A DNA stretch of 32,000 nucleotides from Staphylothermus hellenicus DSM 12710 (GTDB taxonomy: Archaea > Thermoproteota > Thermoprotei_A > Sulfolobales > Desulfurococcaceae): positions 210,001 to 242,000 of the forward strand of contig NC_014205.1 of assembly GCF_000092465.1 (NCBI RefSeq). Reading direction: 5' to 3'. The notes below the pieces were generated by a model, which saw only the letters and a program-made list of their open reading frames with translations, was not told the origin of the DNA and did no database searches. The position numbers and the translations under genes were made by a program. Every line of letters begins with the position of its first letter. The first letter of the stretch is position 1. Of this stretch, positions 17,198 to 25,837 are shown in pieces.

Positions 17198-18448
17198 TTG
17201 GAATATATTAAAGCATCTTTTAGGATGGGGAAAGATTCAATAATTGAAGGGAGAGAAGACACTATTCCTTTTGTATTATCTATTAAGGGAGTATATAGTG
17301 CTCATCCCCCAATAGCATTTCTAATAGTTATTGACACTAGTTATTCGATGGATGGAGAAAAAATATTTAGAGCCAAACAAGCAGCATTAGGGCTTCTTGA
17401 TATACTCCGTGATAAAGACTATGTTGGAGTATATGGTTTTGCGGGAAAATTCTATAAAGTCTTAGAGCCTGTTCCAGCAACTAAGAGAGGCGAGGTAGAG
17501 AGGGCTATTATTAGTCTAAAACTTGGAAGCGGAACAAACATTTATGATACATTAAAGAAATTAGTTGAGGAAACAAAAAAGGTCTTACAAAACGGAGCAT
17601 TATCTCTTGTCAGAATAATTTTCATCACCGACGGCGAACCAACAGTTGGAAAGAAGAACCCTAAAAAAATACTTGAAATGGCTAAGAAACTACGTGAAGC
17701 CGGAGCTTCGGCTCTCATAATAGGTGTTGGAACAGAATATAATGAGAAACTATTATCTAGAATGGCTATGGCGTTGAACGGCGAATTCGAACATATTAGC
17801 GACCCAGCTTCGCTCGAGAAGCTTATATCTGAATATGCTAAGTCAACTCAAGAAGTTAGTGCAAAAAACGTAGCAGTACTGTTAAGGTTAAGCCCTGGTT
17901 TCCGAGTAGACATATATAATAGTCTATATAATAATGTCCCGGAAGGCGTTGAAGTAGAAATTGGAGACATACACTACCGCGAAACAATCGATATTGTTGG
18001 AGATATAACAACTCCTCCTCTATTAATAGGAGAAGCTCATATCGGAGACATACATATATCATATGTTAATCCAGAAACAGAAGAGCGAGAATTCGCAACA
18101 CCAATACCTATGAAAATAAAGGTTAAACCTCCAGAAGAAGCTTCAACTGTTAAAATAGATGAGAAAGTATTAGCCGAGGCGAGAATGATGCGGACTGCTA
18201 CCAAGATACAAGAAACACTTGGGAAGAGAAAAGCTAAAGATCTGGAGAAAGAATTAGAAGAATTAATAGAAACAACCATGCGTGTTGGTAGTGAGAGCTT
18301 AACAGCTAAAACTCTTAATATTAAAGAACGTATAGAAAAAGAAGGGTTAACGCCTGAAACCTCGAAAGAAATGGCCTCAGTCATATCCAGAATTATTTCA
18401 GGTAGATTAAAAGAAGAAAAGAAGGAAGAGGGTGAAAAGAATGAGTGA
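17198..18448 (+). CDS. von Willebrand factor type A (vWA) domain protein, ArnB-like
   Basis: MIDAS motif VIDTSYSMDG, second block GSGTNIYD, third ITDGEPTVG. Long charged helical C-terminal half ending in KEEKKEEGEKNE. TTG start. Confidence 0.85.
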   Translation: MEYIKASFRMGKDSIIEGREDTIPFVLSIKGVYSAHPPIAFLIVIDTSYSMDGEKIFRAKQAALGLLDILRDKDYVGVYGFAGKFYKVLEPVPATKRGEVERAIISLKLGSGTNIYDTLKKLVEETKKVLQNGALSLVRIIFITDGEPTVGKKNPKKILEMAKKLREAGASALIIGVGTEYNEKLLSRMAMALNGEFEHISDPASLEKLISEYAKSTQEVSAKNVAVLLRLSPGFRVDIYNSLYNNVPEGVEVEIGDIHYRETIDIVGDITTPPLLIGEAHIGDIHISYVNPETEEREFATPIPMKIKVKPPEEASTVKIDEKVLAEARMMRTATKIQETLGKRKAKDLEKELEELIETTMRVGSESLTAKTLNIKERIEKEGLTPETSKEMASVISRIISGRLKEEKKEEGEKNE

Positions 18449-18791
18449 GGAAAAAGTTGAACCAAAAAATTCAATTCTGATACTGAAGGTTGTAAAGAGT
18501 AATTTCTTTATGCCTCAAACAGAATGGTCTCTAGAACCAGGTGAATATGTGCTCGGCAGATATCCTACAAACGATATCGTAATTCCAGATCCCTATGTTT
18601 CGAGAAGACATGCTAGAATTTTCTATGAGAACGGCGAATGGCATATAGAAGACTTAGATAGTACAAATGGGACCATTGTTGATAACGAGGATATAAGAGG
18701 TAAGGGTCCTAAGAAAATAAATAATAACTCAGAAATAGTGGTCGGTTTAACAATATTGTCGGCCACAATTAAGGAGGAATCCCAGGAATAA
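18432..18791 (+). CDS. FHA-domain protein, ArnA-like but without a zinc finger
   Basis: Canonical FHA signature GRYPTNDIVIPDPYVSRRHARI...EDLDSTNGTIVDN. Overlaps the vWA stop; the likely ATG at 18441 gives an 8-nt overlap, implying translational coupling. Confidence 0.9.
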   Translation: MKRMSEEKVEPKNSILILKVVKSNFFMPQTEWSLEPGEYVLGRYPTNDIVIPDPYVSRRHARIFYENGEWHIEDLDSTNGTIVDNEDIRGKGPKKINNNSEIVVGLTILSATIKEESQE

Positions 18792-18883
18792 ATAACAGCA
18801 ATGTGTTCAATACCATACTCGTATAATGAGATGTTACGTGTTTTAAGCCGCATTGATAGTTTTGAATTAGTAGGGGGTATATT

Positions 18884-20479
18884 GTGGTCGAATTTAAGCC
18901 TTTCACAAAAATAGATAAAGCAAGCAAGGAATTTATTGATCCCGTGGTTCTATCATATGTTATGTTGAAACAGAAAATAATAGCTGTAAATAAAAGGGCT
19001 AAGCTGGTTAATTGTCTAAATCATTTGAAAAATAAAAGTGTAGAAGTTCTAAAACAGAATTCTATCCTGTATGTAGTTATGAAATCAATAGGTTCGAAAT
19101 GGACTATTAGATCCATAATCGCCGGGACACTTATAATAGCAATGGTTTACGAGACAAAAGATGGTGTACAACTTATCGGTGGATTAGCATATAATACCTT
19201 GTCTAAGGAGATCTATCCAAAGAATCCAGTTGTGAAATATAGCGTTGGAGTAATACCTATTGATGCCTTACCCGATAATATTAAAGTATATATTGAGGAA
19301 AGTCTACGTGAGAAAAGAGAAGAAAAACCTCCCTATATATGGGTGAACAAGGTTCTCTATGATTTATATATTGAGAAAATCCTTACGGATAAAGGAGCAT
19401 ATATGTATGTTCTCTTGGGAAGAGACAAGTTCGAGCATAGATATGCTGTAAAAATACCTAGAGAGAAAACAGTAGATGGTAAACCATTAGCTGTAAACAC
19501 TAATACTAATGCATTAAACGAGGTCTTAAAAGGTATAATTAACAGTTTAGAAGTATATTCAGCTACAAGGGATAGTATCAGGAAAGGATTGGCATCTAAA
19601 GGATACGATGAATACTATGCTGACCAACTTATTCTTTACCGCAAATACATTCTCAGGCCAAGAGCGATCATTATGTTAAGAACATCTTTTTCAGATGAAG
19701 AATATTTAGAATCCCCCCCAATAATTCTAGAAGACTATGCTAATTTAGGCGATTTAGATACGAAGATCAAATCAAAACCATTGGATCAAAGAGAACTAGC
19801 CTTCCTAGCAGTCAGGCTTGCCGGGGCCCTAGCTTTAGTTCATATAAATCATTTTATACACATGGATATTAAGCCTCAAAACATATTATTGATAGAAGAT
19901 GGGGCAGAACCATATGGGTATGCTCCATTACTAGGGGACTTCGTAGGTTTACCCCATGTTTTTGATTCGATAATTGAATTAAAGAAATCAACACCGGAAT
20001 ATGCTGATCCAATAGCTCTGGTTCGTGGAAGAGCAAGTTATAACTATGACGTTTACAGTCTTGGAATCACTCTATTCTATGCTGCAACAGGTAAGAAACT
20101 TAAGAGTAGAATCCTACTAAACCTGCTAACACTCAAAAACATTTATGGAACACCTGTTCCTCTAAGAGTTTTCCTAGTTGAAAACCCAGAGCTGGTTCAG
20201 TATGCTAGAAAACTAGAAGCCCTATATCACGAATACAACAGTAAAAAACATAAAATGCCGGTAGAAACATTTGTAACTCAATTACTTTCTATAATAGAAG
20301 ATTATGATAGAGAACAAATTAAAATCATAGATAAGGCTTTACCAAGTAGGCTAGCCAATATCATAAAGAAATCAATAATACTCAACGAAACGGATAGGTA
20401 TCAAGACTCTGTATCTATATGGTTGGATCTATTAAATAGTATTAAAGAGCTTGGATACACAAATCTTATTCCCTCATAA
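18884..20479 (+). CDS. Hanks-type Ser/Thr protein kinase with an unassigned ~165-aa N-terminal domain
   Basis: Kinase subdomains: YAVKIP (VAIK Lys), HMDIKPQNILL (catalytic loop), GDFVG (DFG-like), PEYADP (APE-like), DVYSLGITLF (subdomain IX). GTG start. Confidence 0.85.
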   Translation: MVEFKPFTKIDKASKEFIDPVVLSYVMLKQKIIAVNKRAKLVNCLNHLKNKSVEVLKQNSILYVVMKSIGSKWTIRSIIAGTLIIAMVYETKDGVQLIGGLAYNTLSKEIYPKNPVVKYSVGVIPIDALPDNIKVYIEESLREKREEKPPYIWVNKVLYDLYIEKILTDKGAYMYVLLGRDKFEHRYAVKIPREKTVDGKPLAVNTNTNALNEVLKGIINSLEVYSATRDSIRKGLASKGYDEYYADQLILYRKYILRPRAIIMLRTSFSDEEYLESPPIILEDYANLGDLDTKIKSKPLDQRELAFLAVRLAGALALVHINHFIHMDIKPQNILLIEDGAEPYGYAPLLGDFVGLPHVFDSIIELKKSTPEYADPIALVRGRASYNYDVYSLGITLFYAATGKKLKSRILLNLLTLKNIYGTPVPLRVFLVENPELVQYARKLEALYHEYNSKKHKMPVETFVTQLLSIIEDYDREQIKIIDKALPSRLANIIKKSIILNETDRYQDSVSIWLDLLNSIKELGYTNLIPS

Positions 20480-20584
20480 ATATTCTAGAATGTTTTATTT
20501 CGATAAGGCTGGCTGGATAAGTGATAGCAAATCCATTACCTTCTACGATCTGAACCGATGATCTAAGAAATATGTTTATATAAA

Positions 20585-21616
20585 TTACTTAATTTCTATA
20601 ACTGAGCTTTTACTAGCTCTAATATTGAGGGCTGCTTCTGCTATTCCACTACTGTATCTTGTTATTCTTCTCAAGCTATCAAATACCATTGTTAGAACAA
20701 TTTTTTCCTGATCACTAATATTTCCGACCAGTATTTTGTTGAATAGCGTATCATCAATGATTTTTATAATATCTTGTGCTTCAAATATAACTTCCTCTGA
20801 TTGTTGCCGGCTAAGCCTATATAATCCATCCATTGCTTTATTGAATAAATTATTAATTCTGAGCCCAATATCATATGTTTCCTTACATAACATGCATTCG
20901 TCTGGTCTATGATATGTTCTCTTAGCAATATTTGCGGCATGATCAGCTATTCTTTCAAGATTTCTGGCCAGTATCCTATAATTTAAGGCTTCTACAGGGT
21001 TGGATATGCCTAGTTCGTTCATAATTCTAATATCAAGAAGTGCAAGAGCGAGTTGTCTAACAATCATGAAATGGAAACGATCAGCTTCATCATCTCTTTG
21101 TAGAACAGCATCTGCTAGTCCAGTATCTTTGGTATGGAATGCCTTTAATGCATCTAGTAACATATTATTAACGATTAGATGTAGTCGTCTAGTCGCTCTT
21201 ATTAACGGCAATTCTTTAAGATCTAGAAGGATCTTCATTACAACACTATTATAGGTTTCATCAACAACTTCTATCCCGGCAAGCTTTATTCTGGCACGGT
21301 TTTTAAGCTCACTTATTCTCTTAGCTAGTTCTGGAATGTTTTTATCAAATGTTACCGTTATATTGCTATATCCCGATAAATACATTGCAACAAGTATTCT
21401 AAAGACTTGATCGTTATCAACTGGTTTTAGAACCCTTATCTCCCCGGTTAACATGCCTGCTTCTAGTTTTGGAGGAGTAACTATAAGCTTACCTTCATGT
21501 TCATATATTAAAACATAGTCTCCTGATTTTAGTCCCATACCGTCTATCCAGTCTTTAGGCAATGTTACTATATATGATGATGACCCTGTTTTCTGTATTT
21601 TCCTCTTCTCAACCAT
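20585..21616 (-). CDS. AbrB/SpoVT-domain plus PhoU-domain regulator (phosphate uptake regulator-like)
   Basis: N-terminal swapped-hairpin motif IQKTGSSSYIVTLPKDWIDGMGLKSGD. Two PhoU-like repeats with DEADRFHFMIVRQL and ERIADHAANIAKR. Confidence 0.8.
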   Translation of the reverse strand: MVEKRKIQKTGSSSYIVTLPKDWIDGMGLKSGDYVLIYEHEGKLIVTPPKLEAGMLTGEIRVLKPVDNDQVFRILVAMYLSGYSNITVTFDKNIPELAKRISELKNRARIKLAGIEVVDETYNSVVMKILLDLKELPLIRATRRLHLIVNNMLLDALKAFHTKDTGLADAVLQRDDEADRFHFMIVRQLALALLDIRIMNELGISNPVEALNYRILARNLERIADHAANIAKRTYHRPDECMLCKETYDIGLRINNLFNKAMDGLYRLSRQQSEEVIFEAQDIIKIIDDTLFNKILVGNISDQEKIVLTMVFDSLRRITRYSSGIAEAALNIRASKSSVIEIK

Positions 21617-21898
21617 ATTTCAGCACCACACCATTACATATATATTCATATCCAAATATGTCTTTGCATATATATATTTTATAAATTCGTATTTAAATAG
21701 TTCGTATCTCAATTTAATAAGACTAATATACTATGTGCTCGTAACTAGTTTAATTCAACATAATTATAGTGAGGAAGCCCTATATAGAACATATGCATCA
21801 ACATATAGAAAAACATCCTTTCATACAAACCTATTACATACACTATTGATGCATAATCGATAAAATATAAAATATTAACAAACCATAAATTATCTAGA

Positions 21899-21968
21899 GT
21901 GCCCCGGAGCCTACGCAACGCTCCCGTGTACCGGGAGGGTATGAGCGTAGGACGGGTCACTCCCGGCC
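21899..21968. ncRNA. Unclassified GC-rich structured RNA candidate (~70 nt)
   Basis: About 70% GC by my count, inside a 470-bp AT-rich intergenic region. Nested helices: CCGGAG (21904-09)/CUCC(C)GG (21960-66), CCUACGC (21910-16)/GCGUAGG (21945-51), CUCCCG (21921-26)/CGGGAG (21932-37). The asymmetric internal loop AACG vs GGUAUGA could form a k-turn-like GA motif. Strand and class undetermined. Confidence 0.45.
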
Positions 21969-22084
21969 ATAACACACATAAATATTCTATTTCTAAGCAA
22001 TATTTTAGCTACGAAGATATCTCTTGGATTTAGATGAAAATAAAATATTTTAGGAGAAATGTAATATGGCTTGGTTAAATATAG

Positions 22085-22375
22085 TTATTTAGGTAATTTC
22101 TTCTTGGCTGGGATGAAGTTTCTTTTTTCAGGTGGTTCTACTTCTTCCATCTTCATTATTTCTCTAAATAGTTCTTCGTCTTCGTCTTCGTTGCTAAGTA
22201 GCTTACGTATTTTAATATAAGTTTCTATTAGCTCGCCTGGTATATTGTCTAGTCTGCCAAAAATGTATTTGTATCCCTGTTGCTCAAGCCATTTAGTAAA
22301 ATCTTCTTCTAATCCTGCATCTATGATTAGTCTTAGGAGGACACGTTTATAGCTAGGATCCATGTGTAGTTCCAT
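22085..22375 (-). CDS. Small acidic hypothetical protein (96 aa)
   Basis: Clean ORF with an acidic run NEDEDEE and a basic tail. No motif recognised. Confidence 0.5.
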   Translation of the reverse strand: MELHMDPSYKRVLLRLIIDAGLEEDFTKWLEQQGYKYIFGRLDNIPGELIETYIKIRKLLSNEDEDEELFREIMKMEEVEPPEKRNFIPAKKKLPK

Positions 22376-22452
22376 AACTAATCTCCTAGAATAGCTTTAC
22401 TTAGACATATAATATTTTGTTTTGAGCGGTATTTTAATGTTTAAACTTGTTT

Positions 22453-23691
22453 CTAATCTTCTTCCTCCCTGATCTCTATCCCCTCTATTTCGATATTGTA
22501 GTTATCTAGTTTTTCATTTAGGTTTTCCTCCATACCACTATAGATTTTTACGATCAATATATCGTTTGGCTTAATAACAGTGTCCTCGTTCGGTAATGGT
22601 ATAATTTTTCTTCCACGATAAATTGCTATGGGAATAGCGCCTAGTTCGTCTAGGCCTAGTTTTCCTAGGGAAGTTTCTTTGAAGCTGGGGGGAATCTTTA
22701 GTCTAACTATTCTCTCAATACTTTCCTCCTCAACGCTCTTCACGATAGGGTGGATCGGCAAGTTGGATGCTAGGGGAGTGACGAGTTCAGCGGCTGCATC
22801 CGCCACGTTTTCCATACTGATCACAAAACTTAGAAGCCCTGCTGCTTCTTCAGGATTATCGTGGAATTTCTCTATTATTGTAAGTATCATTTTATGTGTT
22901 GTATCATCAACTATTTCCTCGAGATTTAATACTTCTATAGCAGCTAGTTTATCATTGTTTACTACTGCGTGAAAAGCTAGGTCGATCATTACATCTGTTA
23001 TGTTCTTCATGTATGCTATTTTCTTTGCAATCTTATTCTCTCTTTCCTCAACAACCGGCTTCTTTAATGCGAGTTTATCGCCTAGAATATTCGATATAGT
23101 ATTTAGAGAATCAAGTGTTCCTCTAACTATTAATATGTCTCCTAAACGTATTTCTTCGTTCTCTCCTGGATTAATTATCCAGTAATTATCTCTTCTAATC
23201 GCTAATATGTTGAATCCAGTCATGATCTCATATAGTCTACCTACACTGAATCCTTCTAATCCCTTATTCTGCACCTTAATAGTTGTAACAACTTCTTCTG
23301 ATTCAAGCAACGCTGCTCTGACAGGCTCGCTTATACCTATATCCCTAATAACGAGCATAGCAATATCTGCTGCAGAATCACTTAGTTTATCGAGAGCATT
23401 AGCCATCCTATAAACACTAACCATTTCTTCAGCATCTCTCGCAGATCTAACTGCTAGACTAGCTTGCATAACTAATAAGCTCCAATCAGCGTCTAGTTTA
23501 TCTTCTATTCTCTGAACCTCATATGCTATGCTTGTATCCTTGACTACTACAGAATAATATGCTAGGTCAAGCATTAGTCTCGAATAAACATTCATTTCCA
23601 TCAATAAATCTATTACTGGAATAGGCTCGTATTTGACGGGTCTCGGCGCTTTTAGAGGCAATTCTTCTTCCCCGAAACAACACATAAACAA
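22453..23691 (-). CDS. PhoU-like/TrkA-C (RCK_C) two-repeat protein (COG3273-like)
   Basis: Two copies of a helical PhoU-like segment, each followed by a TrkA_C-like beta domain (RLGDILIVRGTLDSL and IKPNDILIVKIYSG). Confidence 0.65.
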   Translation of the reverse strand: MFMCCFGEEELPLKAPRPVKYEPIPVIDLLMEMNVYSRLMLDLAYYSVVVKDTSIAYEVQRIEDKLDADWSLLVMQASLAVRSARDAEEMVSVYRMANALDKLSDSAADIAMLVIRDIGISEPVRAALLESEEVVTTIKVQNKGLEGFSVGRLYEIMTGFNILAIRRDNYWIINPGENEEIRLGDILIVRGTLDSLNTISNILGDKLALKKPVVEERENKIAKKIAYMKNITDVMIDLAFHAVVNNDKLAAIEVLNLEEIVDDTTHKMILTIIEKFHDNPEEAAGLLSFVISMENVADAAAELVTPLASNLPIHPIVKSVEEESIERIVRLKIPPSFKETSLGKLGLDELGAIPIAIYRGRKIIPLPNEDTVIKPNDILIVKIYSGMEENLNEKLDNYNIEIEGIEIREEED

Positions 23692-23778
23692 TACATAGAT
23701 GTTTTATTGCTCTATATACTCGTCTCAAGATATTTCCAGAGAATCAATATGTGATTTGGTCTAAATAAACTAGTTACT

Positions 23779-24904
23779 CTAGTAAATACGGTATCTTAGA
23801 ATTCCTACTAATCCTCCAAATGTTTTCTTAATCCATGCTCCCTCTGGGACATCGTCGCTTAGAAATACTGGTTTAGCACCATGTTTCTTTGCTAGTTCAG
23901 CCCATTGATGAGCATCTGGTCTGTCTTCATCTATTATTAGTGTTTTAATAGCGCTCATTTCGAGCGCTCTCTTAACATCCTCTTCACCATATATAATCAT
24001 TCCATCATCTTTTGCGAGATGAAGCTTGAATTCTTCTACAGCTTTTAATGCATCTACATATTCTTGTTCCTTTAATAGATCAGAGGCTTTCATAATCATT
24101 TCTCTCAAACCAACTTCTCCTTGATAACTTACATCTATAAGTCTTGGTAGAACAAGCTGTTTCAGCCTATAATCTAGATAGTCTCCTTCAATGAAATCAT
24201 ATTTACTATATGCTGGGCCACCAATAAGTATAGCTTTTAATTTACCTTGTTCAAGTAGAGGCAAGAATTTTTCTTTGGCGCGTTCCCCTACACGTTTATA
24301 GAAATCGTGAACCATTTGCTCAATTATTCTATCGAATCTTCGCTGGCTTTGCCCGCCTCTATGATGCTTTCCAGGTATGTAATCTTCTATCTCCTTTAAT
24401 ATTTCCAGCCTGCTTCCCTTCAATAATCCTAGAGTAGCAGCATCCCTCTCAATAATTATAAGGCCTACTAGGTTGTTTTCAATAACCATTTCTTCGAGGA
24501 ATTCTGTGTGGAAATGTTTATCTGTTCTATAGAAATAAACAGGTACTTTTTCTGGTGGAACAAACATTAAGCATATGAAGTCTCCTGTATCCATGTCTTC
24601 TCCACAAAATAATGCTAACCCGTTCTCAGGGATCTTTGGTATCTTGCTTAATCTCTCAATAGCAGCCTTTAATGCTCTTTGAACAGCTGATCTTGTCTTC
24701 TTTAATTTAATATTATCGGTAATTGAGAGTTCTTGTCGAAGCATATTTAATACATCACTAACAGGTCTACCTGGAGGAATATATAGGCTTAGGAGAACAG
24801 TAGCTGGAGCACTCCATTTTTTAAGTTCTTTAATTATTTCTCGAAGCTGTCTCCTATCAACATATAATGACTTAATTTTTTCCTCGCTATAGCTAAAAAC
24901 TCAT
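23779..24904 (-). CDS. prf1: Peptide chain release factor aRF1; N terminus reconstructed with a +1 frameshift after codon 3 (skipping nt 24895)
   Basis: GGQ motif HHRGGQSQRRF, NIK-type motif TDNIKLKKTR, typical aRF1 C domain. The conserved N domain (..ATVLLSLYIPPGRPVSDVLN..) continues 50 codons upstream of the track Met (24744) with no ATG/GTG/TTG before the in-frame TGA. An ATG at 24904-24902, in the frame one nucleotide upstream of the conserved frame, reads ATG AGT TTT TAG. Identity is confident; the N-terminal model is tentative. Confidence 0.85.
24892..24901 (-). other. Candidate +1 recoding site AGU UUU UAG C (T5 run 24895-24899)
   Basis: tRNA-Phe on UUU can re-pair with UUU one nucleotide 3', placing AGC in the A site and entering the conserved aRF1 frame. 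TGAGG lies 6 nt upstream of the UUU codon. Confidence 0.4.
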
Positions 24905-24930
24905 CCCTCAACCCTCTCCTCACAAAATAG

Positions 24931-24939
24931 TTTTTATTA
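24931..24939 (-). promoter_or_regulatory. Possible TATA box (TAATAAAAA) for the aRF1 transcript
   Basis: The A/T box ends 26 nt upstream of ATG 24904, consistent with a leaderless or very short-leader archaeal mRNA starting at that ATG. Confidence 0.3.
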
Positions 24940-25011
24940 CATAGAGTATCCTACTGTGTTAAACATAAATAATGCTTTATATATTTGCTTCTTATCAGGG
25001 GACAGGGTATT

Positions 25012-25662
25012 ATGAATATTTTGAAAGCAAACTATATAAATCCATCCATGAATATTGTTCGGGAAGCATATAGGATCTTAGAGAATTGTGGTTTAGTTGT
25101 TGGCATAACTGATACATTATATGGAATATTCGCTGATCCTTTTAGAGATGAATGTGTTTCAAAAGTATATGTTGCAAAGAAAAGAAGCAGAAAACCGATT
25201 CCGCTTTTGGCATCCAGCCCTAAAGCTGTTTTTTCGATCACCGATGCAGATCATTTTTTACAGCGATTCCTCGAAACAATCTGGCCAGGACCCATTACAG
25301 TTGTATTGAAGCCCATGGACAATATGTTCTCTGAAAAAATACATCTAGGTACGGGGAAAATCGGGTTTAGAGTGCCGGCATCACCCTTACCTCGAAAACT
25401 AGCTCAGCTTAACGGCGGATTTATTACGGGAACTAGCGCAAATATAAGCGGGCTAAAACCAGCTAGAAATATTGATGAAGCAATTAAGCAGTTAGGCAAC
25501 AATGTTGATCTATATATAGATTCGGGCACAGCCCCTATAGGAGAACCCTCTACAGTAATTGATCTTACATCGGAAAAACCCATCATAGTCAGAGATGGAG
25601 CAGTTTCATATAGATCTATAATACACCTCTACAAGCATATAGTTTTAAAGAATCATGATTGA
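25012..25662 (+). CDS. L-threonylcarbamoyladenylate synthase, YrdC/TsaC-type (short, no Sua5 C-terminal domain)
   Basis: YrdC-domain blocks TDTLYGIFADPF, KKRSRKPIPLL, WPGPITVVL, IGFRVP, TGTSANISG, STVIDL. I moved the start to ATG 25012, preceded by a purine-rich stretch; the track used TTG 24985. Confidence 0.85.
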   Translation: MNILKANYINPSMNIVREAYRILENCGLVVGITDTLYGIFADPFRDECVSKVYVAKKRSRKPIPLLASSPKAVFSITDADHFLQRFLETIWPGPITVVLKPMDNMFSEKIHLGTGKIGFRVPASPLPRKLAQLNGGFITGTSANISGLKPARNIDEAIKQLGNNVDLYIDSGTAPIGEPSTVIDLTSEKPIIVRDGAVSYRSIIHLYKHIVLKNHD

Positions 25663-25837
25663 GTTTTAAAGATACATCATATTAAATTATAGATATAAGT
25701 TTTTGGATGTGAATACAAGATATAAAAATCGATACTATAATTCTATAATGTAAAGACTAATTTGAAGGAGAAAATATGGGCTGATATAGATTTTTATTTT
25801 CCTCAGCAAAAATATTATTTTGTTTAAGGCGATTTAA

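Noticed and set aside
21899-21968. Interpretation of the GC island as an H/ACA guide RNA or as a split-tRNA half
   Set aside because: For H/ACA: there is no two-sided pseudouridylation pocket (the 5' strand has no unpaired segment), and the nearest ACA is about 7 nt past the basal helix. For a tRNA half: no D-arm or T-arm consensus appears on either strand. It is kept only as an unclassified RNA candidate.
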